Source: Calditrichia bacterium (GTDB lineage: Bacteria > Calditrichota > Calditrichia > JAJRVZ01). From it: a stretch of DNA of 64,000 nt. The stretch is taken from positions 122,675 through 186,674 of the forward strand of contig CAVZSQ010000001.1 of the NCBI GenBank assembly GCA_963777955.1, read 5' to 3'. Every line of letters begins with the position of its first letter. Position 1 is the first letter of the stretch. The notes under the pieces were generated by a model. It was not told where the DNA came from. It saw nothing but the letters and a program-made list of their open reading frames with translations, and searched no databases. This document shows positions 63,786 to 64,000 of the stretch, one piece after another. The translations under genes and the position numbers were made by a program.

Positions 63786-64000
63786 TTAGAGTTTGATCGA
63801 TCTTTTTAAATCCCTATAAAAATTTTCATCGCGTTCCCAAAAGCTGATCAATATTCTTGATTTCTCATCCCATAAATATGCCAGGAGAAATTGTTGTTTT
63901 ACAATTGAAAATTTATAAACCCATACCCGTGCCAGATCTCCTGTCTTTTGCTGGCCAATTTTAGGATTTTCTATTATAGATTTGATTGCCTTGTCCAATA
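63786..64000 (-). CDS. Type II toxin, RelE/ParE family; 5' end outside the window
   Basis: IIENPKIGQQKTGDL..VYKF..LLAY..ENFYRDLKR. Confidence 0.8.
   Translation of the reverse strand, partial: LDKAIKSIIENPKIGQQKTGDLARVWVYKFSIVKQQFLLAYLWDEKSRILISFWERDENFYRDLKRSIKL

Overview
Bacterial accessory region. Two secreted proteins end in a 'QNYPNPFNP...' C-terminal sorting domain, which suggests an FCB-related or Calditrichota/KSB1/Ignavibacteria-like host (inference). About 70 genes are present, and from 4.57 kb to the window end every intact gene I can recognise is on the minus strand. The content is a mosaic of unrelated small genes (methyltransferases, GNATs, VOC, SRPBCC, DinB, PhzF, DUFs), CAZymes (GH3-CBM6, CE15, GH105, GH5-like, SGNH), a purF lacking its catalytic Cys, uppP, a KamA-family enzyme, two B12 radical SAM genes, an L-rhamnose operon (aldolase-rhaB-rhaA-rhaT) and a RelE/ParE toxin at the right edge. 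Roughly 25 genes are split by single-base indels, most likely uncorrected long-read errors. Separately, at least seven gene remnants or deletion-fusions sit flush between intact genes, which points to high gene turnover in an integron-like array lacking recognisable attC sites. Non-coding highlights are three exact 12-bp repeats, one overlapping the -35 of the rha promoter, two GTAG-type REP palindromes, a 100-bp multi-hairpin element and heptamer repeat tracts. I found no rRNA, tRNA, CRISPR array, transposase or integrase. All family calls come from motif recognition, not database searches.
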